A stretch of 62,968 nucleotides of DNA, filler included, from Octopus bimaculoides (taxonomy: Eukaryota), in assembly GCF_001194135.2 (NCBI RefSeq). It is 4 parts of 3 records of this genome, joined end to end, with 100 filler letters (N's around TTAATTAATTAA, not from the genome) between each part and the next. Parts side by side here need not be neighbours in the genome. Positions count along the whole stretch, not along the records: positions 1 to 24,716 come from NC_068986.1; 3 more parts are not named here. One strand, written 5' to 3'. Made by a program: the position numbers and the translations under genes. This document shows, in pieces, positions 1 to 12,370 of this stretch (position 1 is the first letter of the stretch; the number at the start of each line of letters is the position of its first letter). Under the pieces are notes generated by a model that was not told the DNA's origin, made no database searches, and saw only the letters and a program-made list of their open reading frames with translations.

Positions 1-39
<39 letters not shown>

Positions 40-254
40 GCATGTATGTATATATATTGCACAAAACATATGAACTTTGTTATATTATTTAAATATTTCA
101 CAGTGACAAAATCTTATAAATGTTGACAAGAACATTGTTACTAATATAAAACCGTGTCTTTTGGCTATAAAGAACAAAGAAACGAGAACCCCCCCCCCAA
201 AAAAACAAAACAAAAAAACAAAACAATATACATTATGATAACTGTAAATGTAAT

Positions 255-425
255 CCTTTCTACTCTAGACACAAGGCCCGAAATTTTTGGGTAAGGGGCC
301 AGTCGATTAGATCGACCCCAATACGCAACTGGTGTTTAATTTATCGACACCGAAAGTTGGAAAGGCAAGGTTAACCTCGACAGAATTTGAACTCAGAACG
401 TAAAGACAGACGAATGGCTGTAAAT
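255..425 (-). mobile_element. tRNA-derived SINE family A (Deu/Nin-like central domain), fragment
   Basis: Reverse complement matches the recurring block GTTCTGAGTTCAAATT..CGAGGT..CTTTGCCTTTC..TTTCGG.GTCGATAAATTAA seen in about 10 copies in the window. Confidence 0.8.
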
Positions 426-574
426 GTATTATTGAAATAGATCGACGCCCCTGTTTCACTTTACTAGCAATTCTCAATAACGGATTTCGTTGAAGAAGGA
501 TTTAATCGGAGCCATTTTGGATGCTCATCTACAAGATTAAATCTTTCTTTTATCGATTATCTTTTCCTCGTTTC

Positions 575-745
575 AGTCATTAAACTGCGACCATGCTGGA
601 GCACCGCCTTAAAGAATTTTAGTCCAACAATTCGACCCCAGGACTTATTTTGTTTTTTATATCAGCATCTTTTGCCGAACCGCTATCAAGCGGTGGAAGT
701 AGGGGTAGGGCAAATATACATAAAAATAACACACACACATACATA
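575..745 (-). mobile_element. SINE family B, 3' half (split by the mariner insertion)
   Basis: TTTCAGTCATT..ACTGCG.CCATGCTGGAGCACCGCC block shared with other family B copies; the remainder resumes at about 2140. Confidence 0.75.
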
Positions 746-2022
746 TCAGATCATCCCATAAGTAATGTCCGGATTTTAGATAAGGAAAACAAGCGATCGA
801 ATTTTACATTTTAATGAAACTTAATCATCAATATCGTTTCCATGATTATCTATGACGTCTTTCCATCTACTCGTAAGCTTTTTAATCCCATTAGTGAAAT
901 ACTATTTCGGTTTCGAAGAGAAGAACTCTAAAAGGTTAGTTTCGACTTACTCGGTTGTTTCGAGATTTAATCTCGCCAAAAGATTCTGTAAACTACGGAA
1001 CAAATGGTAATTGGAAGGAGCAAGGTCTGGGGAATAATGCGGTTGAACAATTTTCTCCCAGTCAAGTTCCATGATCTTCAGTGACGTGATCTTTGCAGAG
1101 TGGGGGGGGGGGATCTTGCCTTGTCCTGATGAAACAACACTCCCCCTCGATTCACTAAAGCGGGACTTTTTTTCTTCAAAGCAGCATGCAAAAACTCTAA
1201 TTGCTGACAGTAGATTTGAGCATTGATTGTTGCATTAGTTGGTAGCAACTCAAAGTGGATGCTACCTTTGGAATCCCACCAAACAGAGAGAAGAGCCTTC
1301 TTCACATGGAGTTCCCATTCTAGTTGTAGTTGGGCTCCTTTCCTTCTCACCAAGCCAATGTTTAGGACTCTTAACATTTTGGTAGTGGACCCATTTTTCA
1401 TTACCGGTGACCTCTCTATCCCACGAGAACGAAGAGAAGAGCCGAAGTCCATTCGGGATTTGCGGCTGGCTGCAGACACTTCATGAGGCACATATTTGCG
1501 AGTTTCGGGGCCTTCCCAAGCTCTTGAAGATGGCGGTGAACAGTTGTATGACATGAACGAAGCTTGCTTCCCAATTATTCAACTGAAGCTGCGTGATCTT
1601 TTTCAAGTTCTCCCAAAACGAGCTAGTCATCAAACTCAATTGGACGTTCTGTTCTGGCCTCATCTTCAAGCCTGAAATTTCCAAATCTGAATTTTACAAA
1701 ACATCTTCTGCAAGTTTTTTTTATTCATGAACTCTTGCCCATAAGTTGGGTAAATATTTCGAGTCGTTTCAGTTGCAGAGTTCCCTTTTGTAAACTCATA
1801 ATGTATTATGTGCCTCAAATGCTCCTTAGACTATTCCATGTCTAAAGAGCTCTGATTAATGAAATTTCAATTACATTATCCTGCAAAATGAAATTTAATT
1901 AGTTGATATATGTCCAAATACATATAAATGTTACTTGATGTCATTAGACATTCTAAAATACTGTTAAAGCGTTTACAAATTGACAATGAAGAAGTCCGAA
2001 CATTACTTATGGGATGACCTGA
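746..2022 (-). mobile_element. Full-length (1277 bp) degenerate mariner DNA transposon
   Basis: 28-bp TIRs TCAGATCATCCCATAAGTAATGTCCGGA (746-773) and TCCGAACATTACTTATGGGATGACCTGA (1995-2022), TA on both flanks, internal transposase motifs. Confidence 0.92.
1078..1700 (-). pseudogene. mariner transposase remnant with frameshifts
   Basis: KYVPHE (WVPHEL-like), LLSVWWDSKGSIHFELLP..TINAQIYCQQL and VLFHQDKAR (HDNARPH-like). Confidence 0.88.
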
Positions 2023-2073
2023 TACACACACACACACACGCACACACACACATACACACACACACACACACAC

Positions 2074-2125
<52 letters not shown>

Positions 2126-2139
2126 TATATTTATATACA

Positions 2140-2300
2140 TATATGACAGGCTTCTTTCAGTTTCCGTCTACCAAATCCACTCACAAGGCTTTGGAAGGGC
2201 CCACGGCTATAGTAGGAGACACATGCCCAAGGTGCTATGCAGTGGGACTGAACCCGAAACCNNNNNNNNNNAAACTTCTTACCACACAGCCATACCTACA
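2140..2300 (-). mobile_element. SINE family B, 5' half
   Basis: GGCTTCTTTCAGTTTCCGTCTACCAAATCCACTCACAAGGCTTTGG..CCCAAGGTGC..GGGACTGAACCCG; CORE-like ACCTTGGGCA block on the minus strand. Confidence 0.8.
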
Positions 2301-2447
2301 CCTAAGAAAATTTATTTTATTTTAGTCCTTGGTCGAAGTTGTTAAGGTTTATTTTAAGAGCGAAAGATTAGGATGAAGCGGGAAGACGTTAGATCTTTTA
2401 GTTCCAGAACCTTCGCACCTCACAGCAATTGGAACAACAACACCAAT

Positions 2448-2595
2448 AATTATTTACATTATTTACATTTGACGGATATTTGTCCTCATCTAGTTTGATG
2501 TTAACACAACGTTTCGGCTGATATATCCTCCAGCCTTCATCAGGTGTCTTGGGGAGATTTCGAACCTGGGTTCTCATTCCCAAGGTATTTTTCGA

Positions 2596-2648
<53 letters not shown>

Positions 2649-2776
2649 TCACTGCTTGGAATCGAACTCAGAATCTTGGAGTTAGAAGCCCGCGCTCTTA
2701 ACCACTACGCCATATTCTCGTGGCAACAAACAAGATGAGGACAAATATCCGTCAAATGTAAATAATGTACATAATT
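2448..2776 (-). mobile_element. Non-autonomous element: tRNA-like head + (AAT)n + hammerhead-bearing tail, with 50-bp inverted terminal copies
   Basis: Minus strand 2712-2647 has A box TGGCGTAGTGG and B box GTTCGATTCC; 2448-2497 and 2727-2776 are inverted repeats with 2 mismatches. Confidence 0.8.
2503..2548 (-). ncRNA. Minimal type I hammerhead ribozyme
   Basis: GACAC-CTGATGA-A-GGCTG-GAGGATATAT-CAGCC-GAAA-CG-TT-GTGTT: intact core, 5-bp stem II, palindromic ACGT stem III, stem I GACAC/GTGTT. Confidence 0.85.
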
Positions 2777-2806
2777 CCTCATCTCTTAAATATAGAACTG
2801 TAACAC

Positions 2807-2897
<91 letters not shown>
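2807..2897. repeat. (CTA)n microsatellite
   Basis: Direct reading, about 30 units. Confidence 0.95.
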
Positions 2898-3150
2898 GTG
2901 AGATAAAAATGTCGAATCGAATTGATTCGATCTCAGTTATTTTATTGGTTGATAATTTGATGGAGAGAAAAGTGAGGAATTAAGTTTTGGAGGAGAGAAC
3001 TGAAGAATATACTACGGGGAGTTTCTTCTTGCAACTATGAACTACCTATTTGTGTATGCGCGAGAGAAAGAGAGAAAGGAAGAGAGAGAGAGAGAAAGAG
3101 AGAGAGCGAAAGAGATGGAGAGAGAGAAAAAACTGTGTGCATGACTGTAT

Positions 3151-3182
<32 letters not shown>

Positions 3183-3639
3183 TTAAAAAAATGGTAAGTT
3201 CTGAAAATCCTGTTCGTATTCACATAATACTTAGAATATTTTTTTCATTGTGGTTTAAATGAAGATATTGTTGAGCTAAGAAGAATAAATAGATATTTTT
3301 TTTGTATCCCAGTCACGTTTTTATTCGTCCATTCAAGTCTGTTATAGCATTAACTCCTTCAAGCACCGAACTATATTTTTACTCTTGTTATTATCATTGA
3401 AAGAAACGCAAACAAACGTTGATTTTCATATAAAAAACTTATTACAGCAAAGCAGAGCCAGGAAGTTTTTTTCTGAAATGCACAAACTAAGTGGCTGTTA
3501 TTTATATATTAAAAAAGAGACTTTACAATCGATTTCCGTATTCGATCTTCATATAAGCGAGAATGCATTTTCTTTATAAAAATACTAATCGATAGTTTTA
3601 CATCCTTGACCTATTCTTCATTTTCTCGAGGACAATTTA

Positions 3640-4400
3640 GAATGAGAATTCTTCGTTTTTGTCTGGATCTACTTTAAGCATCTTTAAACTGAAAATGTTC
3701 GTCTTGCCAAGTTTTTTTTTCTCTTCTCTATTTTCCTTATTATTCCGCTGCAACCTATCTCGTTAAACAGAACCAAATATTTCTTTACTTAGCGAATGCC
3801 AACCATTTTCAAGTTTTTCACCTATTATTATTATATCTTGATGCCAATCTTAATAAATGTTTTCGTATATCTTAACCAAATTTAATAAGAAGGAATTCTA
3901 AACAAAATTTTCAAGTTATTGTAAAAAAAATATTCAATTTTCCACTACTTAGAAGCCTGTTTTATATTCTAAAATCATATCTGGTGATTTTGATTCTTGT
4001 GTTTCCAAATGAGTTGTAAGACCACATTTCTTCTTTATTTTTCAGATATTAATTCTTTTTGAAATAATTCGTTTTACCAAATATTTCTGCAGTGTTTTCT
4101 CTAAACCTTACACAGCGGTGCTTGTTCTACACAATGTTCTTGTGCAAGATGTCACAGCTAACAGCAGTTTCCTGATTCAATAAAATGGTAATAATCTTTT
4201 AGAATTATTTATTTATGAGAAAAGTCGAAACGAAATTCCAGGTTAAATCATGTTGAGGCCGATATTATTTTCTGTTTATGAAATAAATAAGGGTCATTGA
4301 TACCCTGGATCATTTTAATCTCCCGAAACCCTTCACTTGCAGAGTATAAGTCACCACTGAATCCCTGAAATTATTGAAACATTGGCCAAATCTGCATTTT
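3640..4400 (-). pseudogene. Highly decayed Penelope-like RT/thumb remnant
   Basis: Minus-strand fragments FINRK*YRPQHDL, RNIWF (IIWFNPP-like) and NIFSLKMLKV (KIFN..VKVSY-like), with many stops. Confidence 0.4.
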
Positions 4401-4429
4401 TTTTATTCCTCTGAATTTTATCTTTTACT

Positions 4430-4812
4430 TTTTTTCAAACTGTGGCCATACTGGGGCACCGCCTTGAGAAATTTGAGTCGAATGGATTGACCTCAAATTT
4501 TTTTAAAATCCTAGTACTAATCCTATCGGCTTCTTTTGACGGACTGCTAAGTTACGGGGACGTAAATACACCGACACCGGTTGTCAAGCGATAATGGTGG
4601 TGGTGATGGGGGACAAACTCAGATACAAAGACACACACATTCACATATACATACGACAGGCTTCTTTCAGTTTCCGTCCGCCAAATCCACTCATAAGGTT
4701 TTGGTTTGTCCGAGGCTTTGGTAGAAGACACTTCCTTAAGGTACCATGCTGTAGGACTGAACCCAGAACCATGTTGTTGGGAAGCAAGCTTCTTACCACA
4801 CAGCCACTTGTG
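4430..4812 (-). mobile_element. SINE family B, near full length
   Basis: Both family B halves are contiguous around a short CA/TA tract. Confidence 0.85.
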
Positions 4813-5498
4813 CTACATTTTTGGTAACAATGCTGGTAAATATTCCTGAGTTTTGTCAATATTCTTTCTTGTTAGACTAGAAAAGTCTGGCAAGTGAGAG
4901 TAAGGAACCGTGAGAAACCCCCGCGTACCCAGGTAATTAACTGATATTCAAGGTGGAGTGTGGGATAAAGAAAACTAAGAAAACACCGGGTTACTAATTT
5001 ACACTTTATAAATGACCCTCTTCGTTTGTAATTCACTTTCTGTAGTAGTCGACTTTGATTTTCATCTTCGAAGTTGGTAAAATAAGTTCTAGTATGAAGT
5101 GGGATCGATTGAACAACAATATTTCTTCTTTATCAATTTGGTTTCGTGCCAAATACAAGAAATCAATGTTGCAAAAACAGTTGAACAGTTAATGCTTGTA
5201 ATCTTGAGGTCATCAAACAACGGAAACAGACGACCAAATAATCATTCTCCATACTTAATTCTCGCCTGTAAATGTTTTCAAACCTACCCTTCCATGTAGA
5301 GTAGATTGAGTAGCCATTATAATCCTGTACTACATCAGATCCGGCGAGATAAAATCATTTAGAGTCAGTCGCCAGTTTTTGAATATGTCTAACTTGTCGG
5401 GTTGTAATCGTTACTCGAACAACGCTGTGACTTCATTTCCGATCTGGATGTTGTCAGATTAAATTATCTCCGGACAGACATTGTCACTGTATTGTTAA

Positions 5499-5679
5499 CA
5501 GGGACGTAGTGAGAGTAAATGGCGCCCAGGACAAGCATCAAAATTGCGTCCCACCCAACCAAAAAGTGGTAACTCGCATAGAAACAGCTTAATTAGAAAA
5601 TGATGTTGGCCAAAATTGCGCCCTTTAAAGTGGCGCCCAGGGCATGTGCCCTGCTTGCCCCACCCTAGCTACGCACCTA
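5499..5679. mobile_element. Short MITE-like element
   Basis: Imperfect terminal inverted repeats CAGGGACGTAGT / GCTACGCACCTA and an internal repeated GGCGCCCAGG; no clear TSD. Confidence 0.5.
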
Positions 5680-6599
5680 TTAATTTGTAGCAACAGCCGT
5701 CCACTACATTACTTTCCATACTTTCCATAATTTCCTACTTTCTGTTTGAATGATAGAAAGAGGGTGGTGAAAGTGATGCTATTTGAAAATAAAGATATGG
5801 AGAGAAAAATTCTTATTTTTCCAATCCTGATTCCATTTCAGTCGAATTCTCAGCTGAATTCACTATAATTAACAGTTAAAGATTTTCTTTGAATGACAAC
5901 ATTTGATTCATTAACCAAAATGTTATTAACTAATTCTTAACTATACATATCATCGTTAATTAATTGAAGTTCAAGAAAAATAAATCCATTGCAAAAAAGT
6001 TATTATAAATGTTTGATTAAAAAAATAATGATTTGAAATGAACAATCTTTTACAGGGAACGGTTTAAATACTTATTTCTCGGTCATACATTGGTGGACAT
6101 TTTGAAATCTTGACACCAGGGGGTGGGGGAGGAATATAAACAGTTGGACCGACTGCTTTACTGGCAACTGAATTTACCGATTCCACTTAGATGGGAAGAT
6201 GTGAACTTATAACAACGAGTGACAAAACTAAAGAATAGAAAATAGTTTTATCAGTCTCTCTGCCATTCTGCTGTCTTAATCGACAAAGAAAGCGAACTGT
6301 TGACGTATTTATAAAAATGAATTTCTAAATGTTTATTTAGAAGTTTGTTAATCTCATGTAACTGTGACAAAATGTCAATTGTTTGGCTTCCTCAGTCATA
6401 GACGTGTATTAAATGACGACTCAAGTAAATGGATAGCCAAAGTATGGCAGCTTTGAAGTGTAACAAAAACATAAACGAACGAATATGTCGTCAAGTAAAC
6501 GACATTTAAGTAAATGTTTGCAAGAAATGTCAACTCTTTCATCTGATTTTTTTTAGAATCTCAGAGTATCACAGAGAAAGTGCTGTTGTAAAAGTCGAT

Positions 6600-7620
6600 T
6601 ATTTAAACTGGCTTTTTAGCCCTTCGATATTATGGCTTCAACTATTATGGGGTTATTACGTAACAGCTAATATTTATCCAAATCCACAGAGGTGGTCATT
6701 AGCTCTATTGTTTGTGGTGTTAATGTAATGGAAAATAAATCTTTTTGTCAATGAGGACGTTGATCTATCGCAAGTATTTTCCCCCGTGGACACAAATTTA
6801 ACTTAGCATTGCAAACAAAATCACTCGTCAATTACACAGTGCTGCTTCGACCGACAGCAATGAATAATATTACTGTATATTACCAACTTAGAGACTGGTA
6901 AACTGAACTACAAAAGACATTAACACAATGCCGGTTTATCGGACAGAGAGCTTCGGCTTCTCGGCTGCTGGTTCGATATATTAACCAATCGGAGATTCAT
7001 ACTTTGATATGTGAAGTGTTGGCTTCGATTCAAAACAAAGAATTGATAAGTAAAAGAAAAAAAAATATTACCGTATAGTTTCAGAAATCAAAGTAATCGA
7101 GTTGCCTGACATCTAATTTACCGTTTTCTTCCAGACATGTAAGCTGTACAAGTTCGTATCTACCTACAGTTATGTGATTCCATATTTCCAAGTTATTCTA
7201 TGTTTCCAAATGTCTAGCGTTCTGTGTGGTTCCATACCTATAAGTTATTGTATGGTTCCAAAACTAATATGTGGTTTCATATGTGTAGTTCCATATTTAC
7301 GTTCCGATATATTTACTGCAGGCTTCCATATATCAGTTTCATTTATTATGCACTTCCATACTTGTAATGATATTTCTGGTTCGGTATATAACCACTACAT
7401 TCTTCTACACACATTTCTGGTCCGATATATATATCATGGTACTTCGATACATTAGTTTTATTTATCAGAACTTCCAAATATCTAATGTAAAATCTGATTC
7501 TATATACTGAAGTGCTATGAAGTTCTATACATCCAAATTATTTATGGTTCTAAATGTCTACGGTGGGCTTCCATACGTCGAATTTGCTGTACACTTCCAA
7601 ACATTCACACCATAGATATA
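6600..7620. repeat. Diverged duplicated unit, copy 1 (paralogue at about 16960-17640)
   Basis: Shared blocks GACGTTGATCTATCGCAAGT, AATCACTCGTCA.TTACACAG.GCTG, CTTAGAGA, CTCGGCTGCTG, CCTGAC...TAATTTAC. Confidence 0.8.
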
Positions 7621-7674
7621 TGTATGTCTTTGATATTTAGACTTGCGCTATTATTCCATATTCANNNNNNNNNN

Positions 7675-7719
<45 letters not shown>

Positions 7720-7872
7720 ATATATATATGTGTGTATGTGTGTACACGCATACACACATATACACACACATATACATACATATATATACATATATATGTA
7801 CATATGTGTATATATATGTACATATATATATGTATACATATTCTTTATATACACACACATACCTACATACAT

Positions 7873-7962
<90 letters not shown>

Positions 7963-8388
7963 TTGTGTGCATATAACTCTCTTACCTTCGTCACGTTGAT
8001 CAGCTTAATTAGCAAAAACTTCCTTTGACTTGTTTCAAGCGATAAATATGAAATGGCATTCGCTTTAATTTTTTTTTGGTATATCTAAATATCAAAATGT
8101 TTTAAATAACTGATGTGTGAGCAGTGCTTTGTTTCATTGTCGTAAAGCATTGCAGACCATATTTACTGATCTATTTGTTTACTTTGGGAGATGCGATTGT
8201 GGATAATAATAATAAAATCCTTCTATCTAACCAGAATAACTGCCTCCATCGCGCCTTTCTCTCAACACACACCTTACAAGCACATATTATCCTCCTGTCT
8301 TTCCATACACAACTACTTCCTCTGTCTACCTACAATCACAGATAACTCTCATTTAGATTACTACAAATACTAAAAGAACAGTAAACCA

Positions 8389-8430
8389 CAGTCTGACGAC
8401 GGCGAGTAAACCGAGACTTCGAAGTTCCAG
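8389..8430 (+). ncRNA. Degenerate hammerhead ribozyme (second family)
   Basis: CAGT-CTGACGA-C-GG-CGAGTAAA-CC-GAGA-CTTCGAAG-TT; GAAA is mutated to GAGA; stem III is the palindrome ACTTCGAAGT, also seen at 45072-45090. Confidence 0.55.
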
Positions 8431-8473
8431 TTAATATTTTCCTCGTATGTATATATATGTATGTGTACGTATA

Positions 8474-9228
8474 CAGAGTGTTCGGGATAAATTTGACGAT
8501 ATTTTATGCCTTTTTTTTTCAGGAACAGTTTGATAAAAGTTAGCTGACATGGAGGACTGAAAGCAAACTGAATATTGCAAGATTACCTGCATCATGACGA
8601 TTGGCTCCGGGTGACAACATGCCGACTTCATGACTTGCTCAATGCTCTGAGAACACTGTAGAAACTAAGATGTGACATGAACAGCTGCAACGGAGACTAC
8701 GAAGCTGTGGCCACTTGGAAGGGGCAGGCGTTTTGATTGCATCTGCACGCTAGAATTCATTCCCACATATTTGAAAAGGGTCTGAGGCTCAATTCAGACG
8801 CTTATGTGAAGTCGCTGGAGATTGTGGTCAAAGTCTGGCTGAAGAGGGTTACTACTTGAAGGTCATATGTCTGGCAACAGGAATCGGCTCTTTGCCATAC
8901 CTCTGGAAAGAGTCAGAAGTAGTTGTCGGAGAATTTCTTCAACTTCACCAAACCCAATTTCTGACCTCCTAATTTCCTAGATTGCAATCCCATGGATTAC
9001 TGTGTGGGTCACATTTGAGAAAGACACCAACCATTTGCCGGTGGTTAATATCAAGGAGGTGTTCAAAGATCTTCCCAGGCACACAATGAGAAACACATGC
9101 ACCAGGTTCCGGAGCCGTCTTGAGGCCATGGTGGAAGGTGAGTGGGGGGCTACTTCGAGTAGCCATAATCTAGTTGATATGTTTGGAGTTTTAAAATACA
9201 GTAGTATCTCGGTTTACGAACACCTCTG
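8474..9228 (+). mobile_element. Internally deleted Tc1/mariner-superfamily (maT/DD37D-like) element
   Basis: Translation gives GLRLNSDAY..YVWQQESALCHTS..F*PPNFLDCNPMDYCV (QQDSAPCH and WPPNSPDCNP-like); imperfect TIRs CAGAGTGTTCG / CGAACACCTCTG. Confidence 0.75.
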
Positions 9229-9334
9229 ATCACGAATAAATCTTGCTTTATATATGTATATATATATATATATATNNNNNNNNNNNNNNNNNNNNNNNNN
9301 NNCAACAAGAAATTTTCACTGATACACATTAATT

Positions 9335-9500
9335 AATGTGCAAGTGGCTGAGCACTCCACAGACACGTGTGCCCTTAACGTAGTTCTCGGGGAGATTCAG
9401 CGTGACACAGAGTGTGACAAGGCTGGTCCCTTTGAAATACAGGTACAACAGAAACAGGAAGAAAGAGTGAGAGAAAGTTGTGGTGAAAGAACACAACAGG
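9335..9500 (+). mobile_element. Interspersed repeat (probable SINE 3' part)
   Basis: GC-richer block CAAGTGGCTGAGCACTCC..GAAATACAGGTACAAC with a purine-rich tail; recognised only as a repeat-like segment. Confidence 0.35.
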
Positions 9501-10507
9501 GTTCATCCACCACCCTGCCGGAGCCTCGTTTTCTTTGGAGATATATAGCATTTTTGGTTGTTTTTTTATCCTTATCTTTTTTCTTTTTATCTCATGCACC
9601 TTTGTTAGTTTTAAAACTAATTTTACTTAAAGCAGAAATGTGAACTACAGAGAAGCGCCACAATAACCTCAGCATCACGTGACCACTTTCTACGTTGTTT
9701 TCTGTATTTATAGAAAACTCCAAAACCGGGAATTTCAACATGAAAAGCACCAAATCTATTCATTTCGTTAACTAGGATTATTTTCATAGTGTTGTTGTTG
9801 TTTTTCTTCCTCCAGTCAACTGCAAAAACGGGAAACTAATAATGGCTGTTCTTTTATTAGAGTGAAAACATTTCCAATAAATTGGCTGAATGTGAACAAT
9901 TCTTACATCTCTATAGAATCTGTGTCATTAGTTAAAAGATTTCTATGGAAAGAATCTGCATTGAAGATCATTTTTTTCAATGTTTCAATTCTTTAACAAG
10001 TAGAAAATAAGCAAAATAAAAAATGTGAAAAGAAATTTAAAAATAAAACGATTTTTTACTTCTAAAGTTTTATGTATATTATTTTATTTTCAAATTAATT
10101 TTAAATTGTAATCATGCCAGACAGCACATGATTGCAAAGAAGATGTGTTATGCGAATTTTAAAAATGAAATGTTCTGTTTTGCATTAAAGTTTTGACACA
10201 ACACGAAATAGATAGACGGTCGTCAATGAATAAGAATGGTCGGAAGATTTGAAACATTTAGTCTTGGAAGCTGGAGGAGAATTATCGAAAATGTATTTCT
10301 GATTTAATGACATCGAGTTGACGTGTCATTTCTTTAGAATGGCTCTCTTCTCGTTTCCGTCTCTAAAGACCAAAGCGGATAATTGTCGGTTTCCAATTCA
10401 GAATAACATTATTGTATTCTTCGTCTTTCTTCAGTGGAAGTTGTTTTTGTGAAAAGAAATCGAATAAAATTGATATAATTGATTCACTGAAATAATCATA
10501 TCACTGC

Positions 10508-10617
<110 letters not shown>

Positions 10618-12164
10618 NNNNNNNNNNNNNNNNNNNNNNNNNNNNNNNNNNNNNNNNNNNNNNNNNNNNNNNNNNNNNNNNNNNNNNNNNNNNNNNNNNN
10701 NNNNNNNNNNNNNNNNNNNNNNNNNNNNNNNNNNNNNNNNNNNNNNNNNNNNNNNNNNNNNNNNNNNNNNNNNNNNNNNNNNNNNNNNNNNNNNNNNNNN
10801 NNNNNNNNNNNNNNNNNNNNNNNNNNNNNNNNNNNNNNNNNNNNNNNNNNNNNNNNNNNNNNNNNNNNNNNNNNNNNNNNNNNNNNNNNNNNNNNNNNNN
10901 NNNNNNNNNNNNNNNNNNNNNNNNNNNNNNNNNNNNNNNNNNNNNNNNNNNNNNNNNNNNNNNNNNNNNNNNNNNNNNNNNNNNNNNNNNNNNNNNNNNN
11001 NNNNNNNNNNNNNNNNNNNNNNNNNNNNNNNNNNNNNNNNNNNNNNNNNNNNNNNNNNNNNNNNNNNNNNNNNNNNNNNNNNNNNNNNNNNNNNNNNNNN
11101 NNNNNNNNNNNNNNNNNNNNNNNNNNNNNNNNNNNNNNNNNNNNNNNNNNNNNNNNNNNNNNNNNNNNNNNNNNNNNNNNNNNNNNNNNNNNNNNNNNNN
11201 NNNNNNNNNNNNNNNNNNNNNNNNNNNNNNNNNNNNNNNNNNNNNNNNNNNNNNNNNNNNNNNNNNNNNNNNNNNNNNNNNNNNNNNNNNNNNNNNNNNN
11301 NNNNNNNNNAGTAGTGGGGGAGCATCATAGCCATCTGTTGAGAGGAATTCTTTGGGGTTTGGATAATTCACCTTTGGAAACATGGGTATTTCGCTCCACA
11401 TCCTTAAACAAATCTTATTCAGGGACCTTTTGAGCGGGATGGGCTACTCGATCTGAAGAAAATTTTAACTGAGCTCCATCTGCAAGGTCATGTGATGTTT
11501 ATATTGATATAAGATCACCATGTCGCGCACGTCTGTTTGTGATGCATGTGCCTGGTGTACCCTTATCAAACGGGTTGTCATGATGGGTAAACTGGGCTTC
11601 GTATATTTTACCCCAGTCTCACTTTGATGGTATGCACTGCTCTCTCACTTAATAATAATGTCAGTAGATTTCTAGTTTCTTTTGTATTGACTAAAACATT
11701 GGTCTTCGTGAAGATTTCCCTGACATTACTCCATTCTAAGTTCTTGCTTCCTCGTTTGGTATTTCTTCTCTAAGTCTTTCACAAAATTGAGAATATTTTT
11801 ATGGTTGCTGTTAAGCTCCAAGTTAGTGCTAACCGTTCGGATCTACCATTTAAGGCATTCCAGCCGTGATCCTCTTGCCTTTCTCAGTACATCTAGAACC
11901 ACATTCTTCAGCTTTTATTCTTACTTACTTTTTTAAGAACACTCGATAGTATGATTTAAGAGATATTATGCTACTATTTCTAGAGGGTCGAGGGAAGGCG
12001 TAGGGGCTTTCTTTTTTTTGTCTCAATCGTTTTTGTTTGTATATTTGCAATTCCTTGCTTGCCCATCCCTATCTAGGGTTTGGTTTCTTATTTAGATAAT
12101 ATCTTCTTTATCTTATCATTGTGACAACTGAACCGCATTTTACACATAAATAATCCTTCGTATT

Positions 12165-12370
12165 ATAGGAAGAAGGCCTGAAATTTTGTGGGTGGGGGTG
12201 ATGCTCGATTATATCGACCCCAGTGCGTTACTGGTACTTATTTCATCGATCCCGTAAGGACGAAAGGCAAAGTCGGCCTCAGCGGAATTTGAATTCAGAA
12301 TGTAAAGACGGACGAAACGCAACTAAGCATTTTGCTACAAGTAAACATTTTGTCACGCCGCCTTATTTCA
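12165..12370 (-). mobile_element. SINE family A
   Basis: CGACCCCAGTGCGTTACTGGTACTTA..GAAAGGCAAAGTCG..GGAATTTGAATTCAG. Confidence 0.8.

Noticed and set aside
6349-6370. TAATCTCATGTAACTGTGA resembling miR-216
   Set aside because: It is shorter than the mature miRNA and has no pre-miRNA hairpin, only a 7-bp stem.
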